Positions 32,225 through 41,912 of a stretch of 64,000 nucleotides of DNA are shown in pieces. The first letter of the stretch is position 1; each line of letters starts with the position of its first letter. Origin of the DNA: Thermoproteus sp. (GTDB lineage Archaea; Thermoproteota; Thermoprotei; Thermoproteales; Thermoproteaceae); contig JBMFIG010000004.1 of NCBI GenBank assembly GCA_049976425.1, positions 26,503 to 90,502 on the forward strand, in the 5' to 3' direction. The translations under genes were made by a program, and so were the position numbers. Under the pieces are notes generated by a model. That model did not search any database and was not told where the DNA came from. It saw nothing but the letters and a program-made list of their open reading frames with translations.

Positions 32225-33276
32225 ATGGGGTGGGGAGGTATGTACCTAAGCCCTTGATCCTCGGGGAACCCCGCCGCTATGTTGAACGCCTGCACGGCCT
32301 GCCCGGCGGCCCCGCGCACCAAGTTGTCTATGGCCGAGAACGCGACGACCCTCCTCATCCTGGGATCTATCTCGAAGCCCACGTCGACTATGTTGGTGCC
32401 CAGTACATATTTTATATTTGGATAGCGCGCTAGGCCCAGCTTGTCCTTCACGATCCTCACGAACTTCGAGTCGCCGTACATGGCCCTATACGCCTTCCAC
32501 AACGTCGGCTCGTCCACGTCGCGTTCGGTGAACACGTGCGCCGTGGAGAGTATGCCCCTCACGGCGTCGACGGCGTGCGGCGTGTAGGCCACCCTCACCT
32601 CCCTCCCCGCAAGCCGCGAGAGCTCCTGCTCCACCTCCGCCGCGTGTCTGTGGTGAACCGGCTCGTAGGGCCTTATGACGTAGGTGCGGTGGCTGTGCAT
32701 GTCGAGGACCGACCCCTCGGCCCCGGCGCCTGAGGAGCCCATCTTCACGTCGATTACCGGCGGGAGGGGGCCTAGAAGCCCGTATTTGGCCAGAGGCGCG
32801 AGCGCCATTATGGATGCAGTGGCGGTGCACCCGGGAGACGCTATGAGCTTGGCGCCGGGTAGCTCGTCCTTGTGCAGTTCGGGGAGGCCGTAAACCGCCT
32901 TCTTCAAGAGATCGGGGTAGGGATGCGGCTGCGGCCACTTATACCACTCCACGTAGGCGTTGGGATCCTTCAGCCTGAAGTCGGCCGACAGGTCGACCAC
33001 CATGAGGCCGTGCTCGTACAGCTGGGGGACCCACTTGACCGACTCGCCGTGGGGAAGCGCCAGGAAGACCACGTCGGCCTTCAACGCGGCGTCGATGCTG
33101 GGCTCCACGAACTTGAGGTTTGTGAATCCCCTGAGGTTTGGGTGGATCCTGTAGACGTACTCCCCCTTGAACTTCCTAGAGGTGGCGCAGACTATCTCGA
33201 CCCCTCCGTGCTGTAGCAAGATGCGCAACAGCTCTCCGCCGGTGAATCCGGAGGCCCCCACTACGCAAGCCTTCAT
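32221..33276 (-). CDS. lysY: [LysW]-aminoadipyl/glutamyl-phosphate reductase (ArgC family)
   Basis: [34 protein letters not shown] and [12 protein letters not shown]. Confidence 0.93.
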   Translation of the reverse strand: MKACVVGASGFTGGELLRILLQHGGVEIVCATSRKFKGEYVYRIHPNLRGFTNLKFVEPSIDAALKADVVFLALPHGESVKWVPQLYEHGLMVVDLSADFRLKDPNAYVEWYKWPQPHPYPDLLKKAVYGLPELHKDELPGAKLIASPGCTATASIMALAPLAKYGLLGPLPPVIDVKMGSSGAGAEGSVLDMHSHRTYVIRPYEPVHHRHAAEVEQELSRLAGREVRVAYTPHAVDAVRGILSTAHVFTERDVDEPTLWKAYRAMYGDSKFVRIVKDKLGLARYPNIKYVLGTNIVDVGFEIDPRMRRVVAFSAIDNLVRGAAGQAVQAFNIAAGFPEDQGLRYIPPHPI

Positions 33277-33958
33277 GCCTCCTCCAGCCCGACCTCGGCC
33301 AGGAGCCTCGCCCTAGCCTCGTCCAGCTCCGGCACGGGGTCTACGTCTATCACGCGCTCCCCGTCGTCGTAGACGCCGAGCGTGATCTCAGCGTACTTGA
33401 GGCCCAGCGACCTCAACACCTCGCCCGCTATCCCGTCGATCCCGGGCACGGCGAACACCTTCCTGACCTCTCTGGGCTTGGGCATGGCGATGCTACCCTT
33501 GGCCAGGGGGTTCCTCATGTAGTTGCGGTGCTCCACGACGCTTTTGGCCCCCTCTACGCTAGTCACCGACACGTCTAGGCCCAGGCGCCAGACGGTCGCG
33601 AGGAGCCACGGCGGCTTGAAGTCCACCTTCTCCACGGCCTCCTCGTCGGAGAACACGAAGAAGTGGGGGCCGTATTTGGGCAACCAGTACAGCCTATTGA
33701 GCGCGTTGTATATGGCGTATGAGGGGTTTATCGATCTGCGGAACAGGGAGGCGTACACAGCGCCGAGGTACTGGTTCCTCGTCCTTATGAAGACGGTGAA
33801 GTCCCCGCCCTCGACATGTCCCTGGGATATATCGAGGATATCGGCATGCGCGCCGCGGGCCGATAGGAGCTTGGCGAGAAGCCTCTCGCCTAGCTCGGGC
33901 TTCTCGGATAGTATGAGTATCCTCGCCCCGTTGGCCCCGCTTTCCCCGCAAGGTCCAT
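33273..33958 (-). CDS. Degenerate LysX/ArgX (RimK ATP-grasp)-like protein, about 228 aa; start ATG 33958 requires a -1 frameshift
   Basis: Open frame RILILSEKPELGERLL...FIRT...SINPSYAI..ALNR...IDVDPVPEL parallels LysX (IN...I...D; EVN.VPEF); first gene of the lysY-lysZ operon with ATGA overlap. Confidence 0.6.
33890..33958 (-). promoter_or_regulatory. Leader ORF MDLAGKAGPTGRGYSYYPRSPS* with three slip sites G-GGG-AAA(Lys), G-GGG-CCA(Pro), G-GGG-CGA(Arg)
   Basis: ATG GAC CTT GCG GGG AAA GCG GGG CCA ACG GGG CGA ... TAG; TTTATATA at 33986-33979. Confidence 0.85.
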
Positions 33959-34017
33959 ATAGGCTGGGCTGGGGACTATATATAAACTTAACGGGCTATT
34001 ACGCAAAAACCGATTTC

Positions 34018-34284
34018 TCAGTTGCCTATCGCCTTTCTCTGTAGCCACTTGGCGTACATTATCATGAATACGTCTGCGTTGTGTTTTCCTACGGCTTTGG
34101 ATAGGGCTTGGTAAATCTCGTCGGGTTTTTCTAGGGCTATCTCCTCGAAGGTCTTCCCCAAGACTCTAGCCAGCCTCACGTCCAGCACAGCCCTATAGCT
34201 GTTATCCAGAGAGCTGTAGAACTCCAACAACCTCCCTCTAGACATCCTCACATCACCAGCCCAAGTCCTCACAACCGCCGTCAT
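34018..34284 (-). CDS. Small helical hypothetical protein
   Basis: 88 aa ORF with an upstream TTTTTAAA box. Confidence 0.6.
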   Translation of the reverse strand: MTAVVRTWAGDVRMSRGRLLEFYSSLDNSYRAVLDVRLARVLGKTFEEIALEKPDEIYQALSKAVGKHNADVFMIMYAKWLQRKAIGN

Positions 34285-34351
34285 GCCTCCACTTTACCTT
34301 TAAAAATAAAAACTTGCGAAGCGCCGAGAGAACACATCCCACATATAAAAA

Positions 34352-34978
34352 TTACGGAGTTGCGCGCCGGCACGCGCTCGGGTCTGCGCCCGATATTGAG
34401 AACCAGAAGGAGCATTCGTACGTCTGTATAGCCCGCGCCACGAATAGATAGCGCTGGCGGTCGTAGTACCTCTCGGCTATGCGCTCCGCTACGGCCTCCA
34501 TGTCCTCGTAGGGCCGCGAGAAGAGGTCGAGGAACTCGGTCGACTTGAACCCGTTGGATTTAAGCCAGGCCGAGAGCCGGGCGCATGCGCGGCCCCAGAC
34601 GGGCAGATTCACCGTCATGGCGACGGCCAGATCGCCCATGGTGCCGTTCAGGGCCAGCCAAGAGAGGAAGTGCGTGTACGCTACGGCAAATGGGTCGAGC
34701 GCATCCCAGCTGAACGCGACGCCGAGCTCTCTCGCCATCTCGCCGAGGGCCTTAAGGGCGGCGTAGTCGCCGTCCACGAGCGCCTTCAAGAAGGCCAGCT
34801 CGACGCCGTCGCCGGCCCTCCCCATGGCGGCCGAGAGCGCCCTCAAGTCGTACTGCACTATATAGAGCTGGTTCGCCACAAACCTCTTCACAGAAGCCGT
34901 GTCGGGGCTCCGCAACGCCGGCGCCTCGAAGATCCTCTCGTTCAACGCCGCCAGCTCCCGCCTAAGCTCCTCGATCAT
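34352..34978 (-). CDS. TenA/THI-4 family protein lacking the catalytic Cys
   Basis: FVANQLYIV..D, AYTHFL, NLPVWG and YECSFW; ATGA overlap with the upstream tenA. Confidence 0.75.
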   Translation of the reverse strand: MIEELRRELAALNERIFEAPALRSPDTASVKRFVANQLYIVQYDLRALSAAMGRAGDGVELAFLKALVDGDYAALKALGEMARELGVAFSWDALDPFAVAYTHFLSWLALNGTMGDLAVAMTVNLPVWGRACARLSAWLKSNGFKSTEFLDLFSRPYEDMEAVAERIAERYYDRQRYLFVARAIQTYECSFWFSISGADPSACRRATP

Positions 34979-35628
34979 GCCGGCCATGCCTCCCCCGAAT
35001 AGGCGGCGTTCCAGAAGGCCAGCTCGTAGAGCGAGGCGGTCTTGAAGGGCCCCCACACCTCGTCGAACGGCGGGGAGAGCGCATCGAGGAGATCTCTGAG
35101 CTTTTTGACAAGCGATCTGTACCCCTCCGAGAGGTAGACAGAGGCCCACCTCCTATATACGGAGACGGGGTTCTCAGCGAGGAGGCCGCGGTGGGCCTCC
35201 GCGATCTCCATATACGTCCAGAAACACGGGAGAAGCGCCGAGAGGCATTGGGCGAAGGTCCCCAGAGCGCAGGTCGAGGCGAGGTAGGACATATAGCCGA
35301 CGTTGGTGGGGCTCGGGCGGGCCCTCGCGGCGTCCTCCAGCGACAGGCCCAGCTCCCCCAGTAGCGCCTCGTAGCTCGCCAGCTCGCCCGTCAACTCGCC
35401 GTAGGCCAGCTCGGCCATGGCCCTCATCGACCTCACGTCGGGCGCTCTGGCCGCGGCCAAGGCGAGAGCCCGGGAGAACCCGACCAAGTAGCTGTAGTCC
35501 TGGAGGACGTAGTTCTTGAACTTCTCCAGAGGGAGATCGCCTCTGTAGAGGCCGACCACGAACGGGTGGCGCAGTATGGCGGACCATATATCGTCTGCGG
35601 ATCGCCTCAGCCTCTCGGTAAGAGACAT
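34975..35628 (-). CDS. tenA: Thiaminase II / aminopyrimidine aminohydrolase
   Basis: HPFV, YVLQDY, LLPCFWTY (catalytic Cys) and YELAFW. Confidence 0.88.
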   Translation of the reverse strand: MSLTERLRRSADDIWSAILRHPFVVGLYRGDLPLEKFKNYVLQDYSYLVGFSRALALAAARAPDVRSMRAMAELAYGELTGELASYEALLGELGLSLEDAARARPSPTNVGYMSYLASTCALGTFAQCLSALLPCFWTYMEIAEAHRGLLAENPVSVYRRWASVYLSEGYRSLVKKLRDLLDALSPPFDEVWGPFKTASLYELAFWNAAYSGEAWPA

Positions 35629-35680
35629 ATAACTTATCGTAAGTCAATTAATAAATTTTTGGCGTCGCAAGCCTTTAAGC

Positions 35681-36604
35681 ATGGCCGTGACGCCGTCTGT
35701 GGGATACCTCGGCTCCCTCCTCCTCCGCGAGCTGGAGCGTATGGGGCTCGGCAGGCCGGCGGTCCCGAGGAGGCTTAGGTGCAGATACGAGCCGGAGCAG
35801 TGCGCGGCTGTGAGGATACTCCTCGGGGGGTACCGGCTCTGCAGGTTCCCCGACGGCGTCGCGTTGGTGCGGGAGGGCCGGCCGTGTCCGGAGCCCGTCG
35901 AGGTGCGGCTGGAGCCTCCGGAGACGCCGAGGATATACATAGACCTGGGGCTTTGGGATATCCACACCGACTCCGAGAAGAACGAGCTGGTGGAGCAAGT
36001 CGTGGCCTCCATAGCGGCTGTGAGGAGGCAGCTGTGGGACGGCAACCTCTATCTGTCTAGGGCGCCTCCCGAGTTCTTGGAGAGGTTCCGGAGGGCGGCC
36101 CGCGGCATGAGGCACGCCGTGAGGTTCCAGGAAGGCCCCCCTCCGCCTACCAGCCTCGTGCTGGATCCCGAGGGGCCGTGCGCCGCCGACGAGGAGGTCT
36201 TGAGGAGCGCCTCGGACATAGTCCTGGGCGGGATAGTCGACAAGGAGCGGGTCTACAAGGGCGCGACGGCCCGCCTAGCGGCGTCTATAGGAGTCCCCGA
36301 CCGGCGCCGTTGCAGGATAGAGCTGAGGGGCTCCACGGTGGGCGTGCCGGACAGGATAAACAAGATCGTGGAGATAGTCCTGTCGGTGAGATTTGCCGGA
36401 GTCTCTCTAGAGGACGCCATAATAGGTGCCCAGGCCAAGAGGGACAAGGTGTATAGGCTGATGCGGGAGTTCCAGAAGGCGGGCAGGTGCGTGGACCCGG
36501 CGCTGGCCGACGAGCTGGCCAGGTGGCTGAAGGCGGATCGCAAGGCGGTGGAGCTGGCCGCCGCCAAGGCCCACGTGAAGATCGGTTGCAATCTATATAA
36601 ATAG
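35681..36604 (+). CDS. trm10: tRNA (purine-9-N1) methyltransferase, SPOUT Trm10 family
   Basis: VLDP, LGGIVDK and GVPDRINKIVEI motifs of archaeal Trm10. Confidence 0.75.
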   Translation: MAVTPSVGYLGSLLLRELERMGLGRPAVPRRLRCRYEPEQCAAVRILLGGYRLCRFPDGVALVREGRPCPEPVEVRLEPPETPRIYIDLGLWDIHTDSEKNELVEQVVASIAAVRRQLWDGNLYLSRAPPEFLERFRRAARGMRHAVRFQEGPPPPTSLVLDPEGPCAADEEVLRSASDIVLGGIVDKERVYKGATARLAASIGVPDRRRCRIELRGSTVGVPDRINKIVEIVLSVRFAGVSLEDAIIGAQAKRDKVYRLMREFQKAGRCVDPALADELARWLKADRKAVELAAAKAHVKIGCNLYK

Positions 36605-36621
36605 CCGCCGCGGCTATGCAT

Positions 36622-37428
36622 ATGAAGCTGGCGATATTGGTGGACAACTACCTCACACAGCCCTCCTCCCTCCGCCTGAGGCTCCTCGGCGAGTGGGGCT
36701 TCTCCGCCTACGTCTACGACTGGAGGATACTCTACGACACCGGCCTCTCGGGCACCGCCCTCCTCAACAACATGAAGGCCCTCGGTATATCCCCCGACGA
36801 CCCCGACGTCTTGGTAATCAGCCATAGGCATATAGACCACACGGGCGGAGTTAAGGCGTTGCTCTCGGCGAGGTCTAGACCCCTCACCGTGGTGGCCCAC
36901 GAGAACCTCTTCGCCAAGGCGTACGCCAAGGACGAGATGGGGGAGGTGGAGATAGGGGTCGACTTCACCCGCGACTTCCTCGAGTCGAGGGGCGCCAGGC
37001 TTGTGCTGATAAGGGAGCCCTACAAGATCGCCGAGGGGGTCTGGGCCTCCGGCGAGATCCCGCGGAGGTGGGGCCCGTCGCACACCGGCGCCGTCTCCGA
37101 CCTTGTGCCTGACGACATGGCCCTCTACATAAGACATCCCAAGGGCTTGGTGGCCCTCACCGGTTGCGGACACGCAGGCGTGGAGAACATAGTGGAGTAC
37201 GGGCTACAGGTGACCGGCGCCGATAGGCTCTACGCGATTATCGGCGGGCTACACTTCATGGGGTTGCCCGAGGCTAGGGTGAGGGAGGCCGCCGGCTATT
37301 TGAGGTCGAAGAGCCCCGGACTCGTCGTGGGGACCCACTGCACCGGCGTGGCCGGCATCGCGGCGTTGCAAGCCGCTCTGCCGGACGTAGCCAAGGCAGG
37401 AGGGGCCGGCGCTGTCTTCGAGATATAG
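36622..37428 (+). CDS. Metallo-beta-lactamase fold hydrolase (MJ0301/dihydropteroate synthase-like subgroup)
   Basis: EWGFS, LYDTG, SHRHIDHTGG, TGCGHAG, GGLH and HCTG. Confidence 0.82.
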   Translation: MKLAILVDNYLTQPSSLRLRLLGEWGFSAYVYDWRILYDTGLSGTALLNNMKALGISPDDPDVLVISHRHIDHTGGVKALLSARSRPLTVVAHENLFAKAYAKDEMGEVEIGVDFTRDFLESRGARLVLIREPYKIAEGVWASGEIPRRWGPSHTGAVSDLVPDDMALYIRHPKGLVALTGCGHAGVENIVEYGLQVTGADRLYAIIGGLHFMGLPEARVREAAGYLRSKSPGLVVGTHCTGVAGIAALQAALPDVAKAGGAGAVFEI

Positions 37429-37455
37429 CCCTTTAAGGGATGTCTTTTTCCCTTC

Positions 37456-37884
37456 ATGTACCCGCTCGACGTAGAGAGGGCCAACTCGGTTATCTGGGAG
37501 ACGGAGCCCATAATGGCGTTTATAGGCTATAGGGTGGTCGAGATATCGCATGGGCGGGCATGCGCCGAGTTCGGCCACGGCAAGAACGTCCAGAGGATAG
37601 GCGGCGTGCTGCACGGCGGGGTCATCGCGGCTGTGCTGGACGAGACCTTGGGGATGGCTGTACTCACGGTCAACGACGGCGCCGATCAAGTCACCGTGGA
37701 GCTCAAGGTGAACTTCTTGGAGGCCGGGAGGGAGGGGCCGTATAGGGTCTGCGGACAGGTCGTGAGGAGGGGAGGGAGGATCGTGGTAGCTGAGGGCGAG
37801 GTCCGGGACGCCTCCGGGAGGCTGGTGGCCAAGGCCCTGGGCACTTGGTACATCTTGAGGAGGGAGGTCGGCGCCGGGCGATGA
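37456..37884 (+). CDS. PaaI-family hotdog thioesterase
   Basis: [14 protein letters not shown] and TVELKVNFL. Confidence 0.88.
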   Translation: MYPLDVERANSVIWETEPIMAFIGYRVVEISHGRACAEFGHGKNVQRIGGVLHGGVIAAVLDETLGMAVLTVNDGADQVTVELKVNFLEAGREGPYRVCGQVVRRGGRIVVAEGEVRDASGRLVAKALGTWYILRREVGAGR

Positions 37885-38420
37885 AGGCCACGATAGGCAT
37901 ACTCTTGATAACCGCCGCCGGCTTCGCCGTCGGCGCGGCCGTCTACTCCTCGAACCCCTATCTGCTCCCCTACCTGGTATTGTACAACAAGGCCGTCCTT
38001 TCCGGATACTACTACGAGCTCGTGACAGGCATGTTGGTGACGCCGTCGCTCGCCGACTTTCTCCTCAACGCCGTGTCTCTATACGCCATATACGTCATAT
38101 TCGGCGGCGAGGCCGGTAGGTACGAATACGCCGTCTTCTTCGCCTCCGGGATCTTGGGGAATGTGCTGACGGTGCTCCTCTACCCTCCGAACATAATGTC
38201 GGCGGGGGCGTCCGGCGGCATATTCGGGCTGTTGTCCTTCTACGTAGCCAGAGGGATGGCCCTATCCCGCGACTTCAGCTGGGTGGGGCCGGCCCTCCTG
38301 GCCGCGGTCTTCCTGGCGTCGTCGATATTGCCCAACGTGAACTACGTAGCCCACGTGGGAGGGATAATAGGGGGCGTAGTTATGGGGCTTCTAGAACCCC
38401 GTAGACTCAGCCGTGGATGA
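37881..38420 (+). CDS. Rhomboid intramembrane serine protease
   Basis: GASGGIFG (catalytic Ser) and AHVGG (catalytic His). Confidence 0.85.
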   Translation: MKATIGILLITAAGFAVGAAVYSSNPYLLPYLVLYNKAVLSGYYYELVTGMLVTPSLADFLLNAVSLYAIYVIFGGEAGRYEYAVFFASGILGNVLTVLLYPPNIMSAGASGGIFGLLSFYVARGMALSRDFSWVGPALLAAVFLASSILPNVNYVAHVGGIIGGVVMGLLEPRRLSRG

Positions 38421-40596
38421 GCTTGTATATCTCCTCGGGAGTCACCGGGGTCGACCTAAGCCTCACCCTCCTCCCCGTGGCCCTCCTAATGGCGTCCTCA
38501 AGGGCCTTTATGGCGGCGGCCGCGGAGGCGACCGTGGGGGCCTCGCCGACTCCCTTAGTGCCCGTCGGGTGGTCCGACCTATGGGGCGTCTCGGCCAGAC
38601 GCGGCTCGTACCGCGGAGCCTCCGTGGCCTTGGGCACGTGGTAGAAGGCGAAGTTCGGCGTGGCCAGATTGCCGTCTTGGTCGTAGACCACCTGCTCGTA
38701 GAGCACTTGGGAGATGCCCTGTAGCGCCCCTCCGTGTATCTGGCCCTCCACGAGCAACGGGTTGACGACGACCCCGATGTCGTCGTAGGACCTGTACAGC
38801 AGAGGCCTCGCGAGGCCCGTCTCGGGGTCGAGCTCGACAACGACCACGCCGACGCCGTAGGGGAACGTGGCCCTCGCCTTATACACCTCCATGGCCTCCA
38901 GCTGGGCCCTCACCTTGCCCCTATAGACGGCCTCGACGACCTCTCCTATGGTCACGGACTTTTCGCCGGACTTGAACGTCCCGTCCGAGTAGGTCGCGGG
39001 GCCTCCCAACAGCTCCTCGGCGGCCTTCTTGAGCTCCTCGAGCAGGCGCCTGGCGGCCAGAAGAGCGGCCGAGCCGCCCGCGGTGATGGACCTGCTCCCG
39101 TCTGTGCCTATCCCGTCGGGGACCACGTCGGTGTCGCCCCACACAACCCTCACTCGCTCTATCGGCACCTGGAGCTCGTCGGCGACCAGCTGGGCTATGC
39201 CCGTGGCGTCTCCCTGGCCGTGCGGCGCGATGCCCACGGCGACCGTGAAGCTCCCGTCCCTCTCCGCCCTGACTATAGCCACCTCGTGCCCGTAGGTGGT
39301 TATCTCTATGTAGAAAGACATGCCCACGCCCAGCACTCTGCCCCTGGCCTTCTCCGCCTCGGCGTTTCTAACTAGATCGTAGTAGCCCGTGGCGGCGATG
39401 CCCCTCTCTAATGTGGCCAGATACTCGCCGGAGTCGTAGTGGAGGCCCAACGGGTTGTCGTAGGGGCCGGCCGGCACCAGGTTCCTCCTCCTCACCTCGA
39501 CGGGGTCGAGGCCTGTCTCGTCGGCTATCAAGTCCATGATCCTCTCGATGAAGAACGTCGCCTCGGGCCTCCCGGCGCCTCTATAGGGCCCCAACGGCGG
39601 CTTGTTCGTCAACACGGACACGGCGTCTATGTCGAGGTCCCTCACCTTGTAGGCGGCGGGCAACATGGTGGCGGCAGTCGCGGCCAAGTCGAAGCCGAAC
39701 CAGTCGTAGGCGCCCGCGTCGGCTATCACCTCGCCCTTGATGGCCTTGAGCACGCCGTCTCTAGTGAAGCCCGCCTTGTACCTAAGCACCAGCCCTCTGC
39801 CGTACGTCGTCATCTTGAAGTCCTCGCTCCTGGTTGCTACCCACTTGACCGGCCTCCTCAACGCCACGGCCGCCGCGGCCACCCTGATCTCCTCGGGGTA
39901 GACCTGTATCTTAGAGCCGAAGCCGCCGCCGACGTCGGGCTGGATCACGCGGACGGCGGCCAGCGGCACGTCGAGGCTCCTCGCCACCTCGCGCCGCACT
40001 ATATGGGGCTTCTGCGTCGAGTCGTATATGAGGAGGGTCTTGCCGTCGTGGGACGCCAACACTCCGTGGGGCTCCATGGCCGAGGGCACCACTCTGTTGG
40101 TGGCGAGCTCCTCCTCCACCACCTTGTCCGAGGACGCCAGGGCCCTCTCGGCGTCTCCAGAGGCGTACTTCTCCCTGCGCGATACGTTGGTGCCCAGCGA
40201 CTCGTCCACGAGAGGCGCGCCGGGCTCCATGGCCTTCACGGGATCCACGACGGCCGGGAGAGGCTCGTAGTCCACGTACACCTTCTCCAAGGCGTCGTAG
40301 AGGGCGTATCTGTCGACGGCCACCACCATGGCGACCGCCTCGCCTTGGTATCTGACCTTGCCGCCGGGCGCGAAGTCGAACGGCTTGCCCGACTGCGGCG
40401 TGAAGACGGCCACGACGCCCGGCATCGAGAGCGCCTCCGACGCGTCTACTCTTCTAACTCTGGCGTGGGCGTACGGCGATCTGACGAAGCCCGCATAGAG
40501 CATCCCGGGCAACTCTATATCGTCGACGTAGCGGGCCTGCCCGTAGAGCAGGTGGTAGTCCTCCAGCCTGGGCAGGGGCTTTCCTACGTACCTCAT
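38407..40596 (-). CDS. Xanthine dehydrogenase-family molybdopterin subunit (CoxL/CutA-like aldehyde oxidoreductase)
   Basis: GGGFGSK, YRGAGR active-site loop, GQIHGG and KGVGE. Confidence 0.9.
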   Translation of the reverse strand: MRYVGKPLPRLEDYHLLYGQARYVDDIELPGMLYAGFVRSPYAHARVRRVDASEALSMPGVVAVFTPQSGKPFDFAPGGKVRYQGEAVAMVVAVDRYALYDALEKVYVDYEPLPAVVDPVKAMEPGAPLVDESLGTNVSRREKYASGDAERALASSDKVVEEELATNRVVPSAMEPHGVLASHDGKTLLIYDSTQKPHIVRREVARSLDVPLAAVRVIQPDVGGGFGSKIQVYPEEIRVAAAAVALRRPVKWVATRSEDFKMTTYGRGLVLRYKAGFTRDGVLKAIKGEVIADAGAYDWFGFDLAATAATMLPAAYKVRDLDIDAVSVLTNKPPLGPYRGAGRPEATFFIERIMDLIADETGLDPVEVRRRNLVPAGPYDNPLGLHYDSGEYLATLERGIAATGYYDLVRNAEAEKARGRVLGVGMSFYIEITTYGHEVAIVRAERDGSFTVAVGIAPHGQGDATGIAQLVADELQVPIERVRVVWGDTDVVPDGIGTDGSRSITAGGSAALLAARRLLEELKKAAEELLGGPATYSDGTFKSGEKSVTIGEVVEAVYRGKVRAQLEAMEVYKARATFPYGVGVVVVELDPETGLARPLLYRSYDDIGVVVNPLLVEGQIHGGALQGISQVLYEQVVYDQDGNLATPNFAFYHVPKATEAPRYEPRLAETPHRSDHPTGTKGVGEAPTVASAAAAIKALEDAIRRATGRRVRLRSTPVTPEEIYKLIHG

Positions 40597-41039
40597 AGCG
40601 CCGCCGACTTAACAGCCTCTACTATGTTCTGGTACCCCGTACATCTGCAGAGGACGCCGCTGATGCCCTCGCGTATCTCCTCCTCTGTGGGCTTGGGCTT
40701 GTTCTTGAGGAGGGCGTAGGAGGCGAGCAGCATGCCAGAGGTGCAGAAGCCGCATTGGAGCGCGTGGCGTTCGTGGAAGGCCCGCTTGAGCCTCTCCATG
40801 AGCTCGTCGCTGTAGTCGGCGGTTATTATCTCGGAGCCGTCAGCCTGGACCGCGAGCAGGTTGCAGCTCTTGACGGGCTTCCCGTCCAGCAACACGGTGC
40901 AGGCTCCGCAGTTGCCCGTGTCGCATCCGACCCTCACGCTCTTTATGCCCAAGTCGTCCCTCAAGAAGTGGACTAGAAGCTTCCGGGGCTCCACGTCGCG
41001 CTCGTACCACACCCCGTTGACCTTGACCCTGATCCTCAT
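40593..41039 (-). CDS. 2x[2Fe-2S] small subunit (CoxS/CutC-like)
   Basis: GCDTGNCGACTV, QCGFCTSG and CRCTGY. Confidence 0.92.
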   Translation of the reverse strand: MRIRVKVNGVWYERDVEPRKLLVHFLRDDLGIKSVRVGCDTGNCGACTVLLDGKPVKSCNLLAVQADGSEIITADYSDELMERLKRAFHERHALQCGFCTSGMLLASYALLKNKPKPTEEEIREGISGVLCRCTGYQNIVEAVKSAAL

Positions 41040-41875
41040 AGCCCCAACGCCCTCCTAACAGCCCTCCTAGCCGCGACGCCGGCCATAGCCCTCCGGTATT
41101 CCGCCGAAGCCCTCACGTCGGATACGGGCTCCACCTCCTTGGAGGCGGCCTCGGCCACCTCCGCCAGGAGATCCCCGGAGATTTTCCTGCCCCTAACGGC
41201 CTCCTCGGCCTTCCTGAGCCTGACCGGCCTGAGCCCCACGCCTGTGGCGGCCAGCCTCACGTCCTCCACGGCGCCGTCCTTGACCCACACAGCCGCGGCG
41301 ACTCCGGCTATGGCGAAGTCGTTGTAGGCCCGGGCTATCTTGACATATGATGCCTTGGGGGGACATCGGGGTATGGAGATCTCGACGACGATCTCGCCTT
41401 GTTGTAGGGCGGTGGAATAGGGCCCTTGGAAGAACTCCTCGGCCGGTATCTCGCGGACGCCTGAGGGGCCTCTCGCCTTCACGACCGCGTCTAGGGCCAA
41501 CACGACGGCGGGCCAGTCGGCGGCCGGATCGGCGTGCGCGAGGCTGCCGCCTATGGTGCCCACAGACCTTATCTGGGGATCGCCTATCTGCCTAGCCGCC
41601 TCGGGGAGGACCCCGCAGGGGCCCGACCACCTCTCCAGCTCGGCGTGTGTGGCCAAAGCGCCGATGGCCAAGCCGTCCCCTGTCTGCCTGACGTAGCGGA
41701 GCTCCTTGAGCCGGCCTATGTCCACGAGCTTGCTGGGAGCGACCGCGCGGAGCTTCAGCAAAGGGATCAAGCTCTGCCCGCCTGCGAGGACCTTGGCGTT
41801 GGGGTCCTCGGACAGCGCCTTGACGGCCTCGTCTATAGAAGAGGCCCGGACGTAGTCGAACGGGGGCGGAATCAT
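41036..41875 (-). CDS. FAD-binding medium subunit (CoxM/CutB-like)
   Basis: LAGGQSL, GTIGGSLAHADPAAD and SAEYRR. Confidence 0.92.
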   Translation of the reverse strand: MIPPPFDYVRASSIDEAVKALSEDPNAKVLAGGQSLIPLLKLRAVAPSKLVDIGRLKELRYVRQTGDGLAIGALATHAELERWSGPCGVLPEAARQIGDPQIRSVGTIGGSLAHADPAADWPAVVLALDAVVKARGPSGVREIPAEEFFQGPYSTALQQGEIVVEISIPRCPPKASYVKIARAYNDFAIAGVAAAVWVKDGAVEDVRLAATGVGLRPVRLRKAEEAVRGRKISGDLLAEVAEAASKEVEPVSDVRASAEYRRAMAGVAARRAVRRALGL

Positions 41876-41912
41876 TAGAATTCAGCCGGCCTCCTTGCTT
41901 TTAAGCGTTTCG

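Noticed and set aside
38407-41875. Aerobic carbon monoxide dehydrogenase
   Set aside because: Lacks the form I AYxCSFR loop and cox accessory genes.
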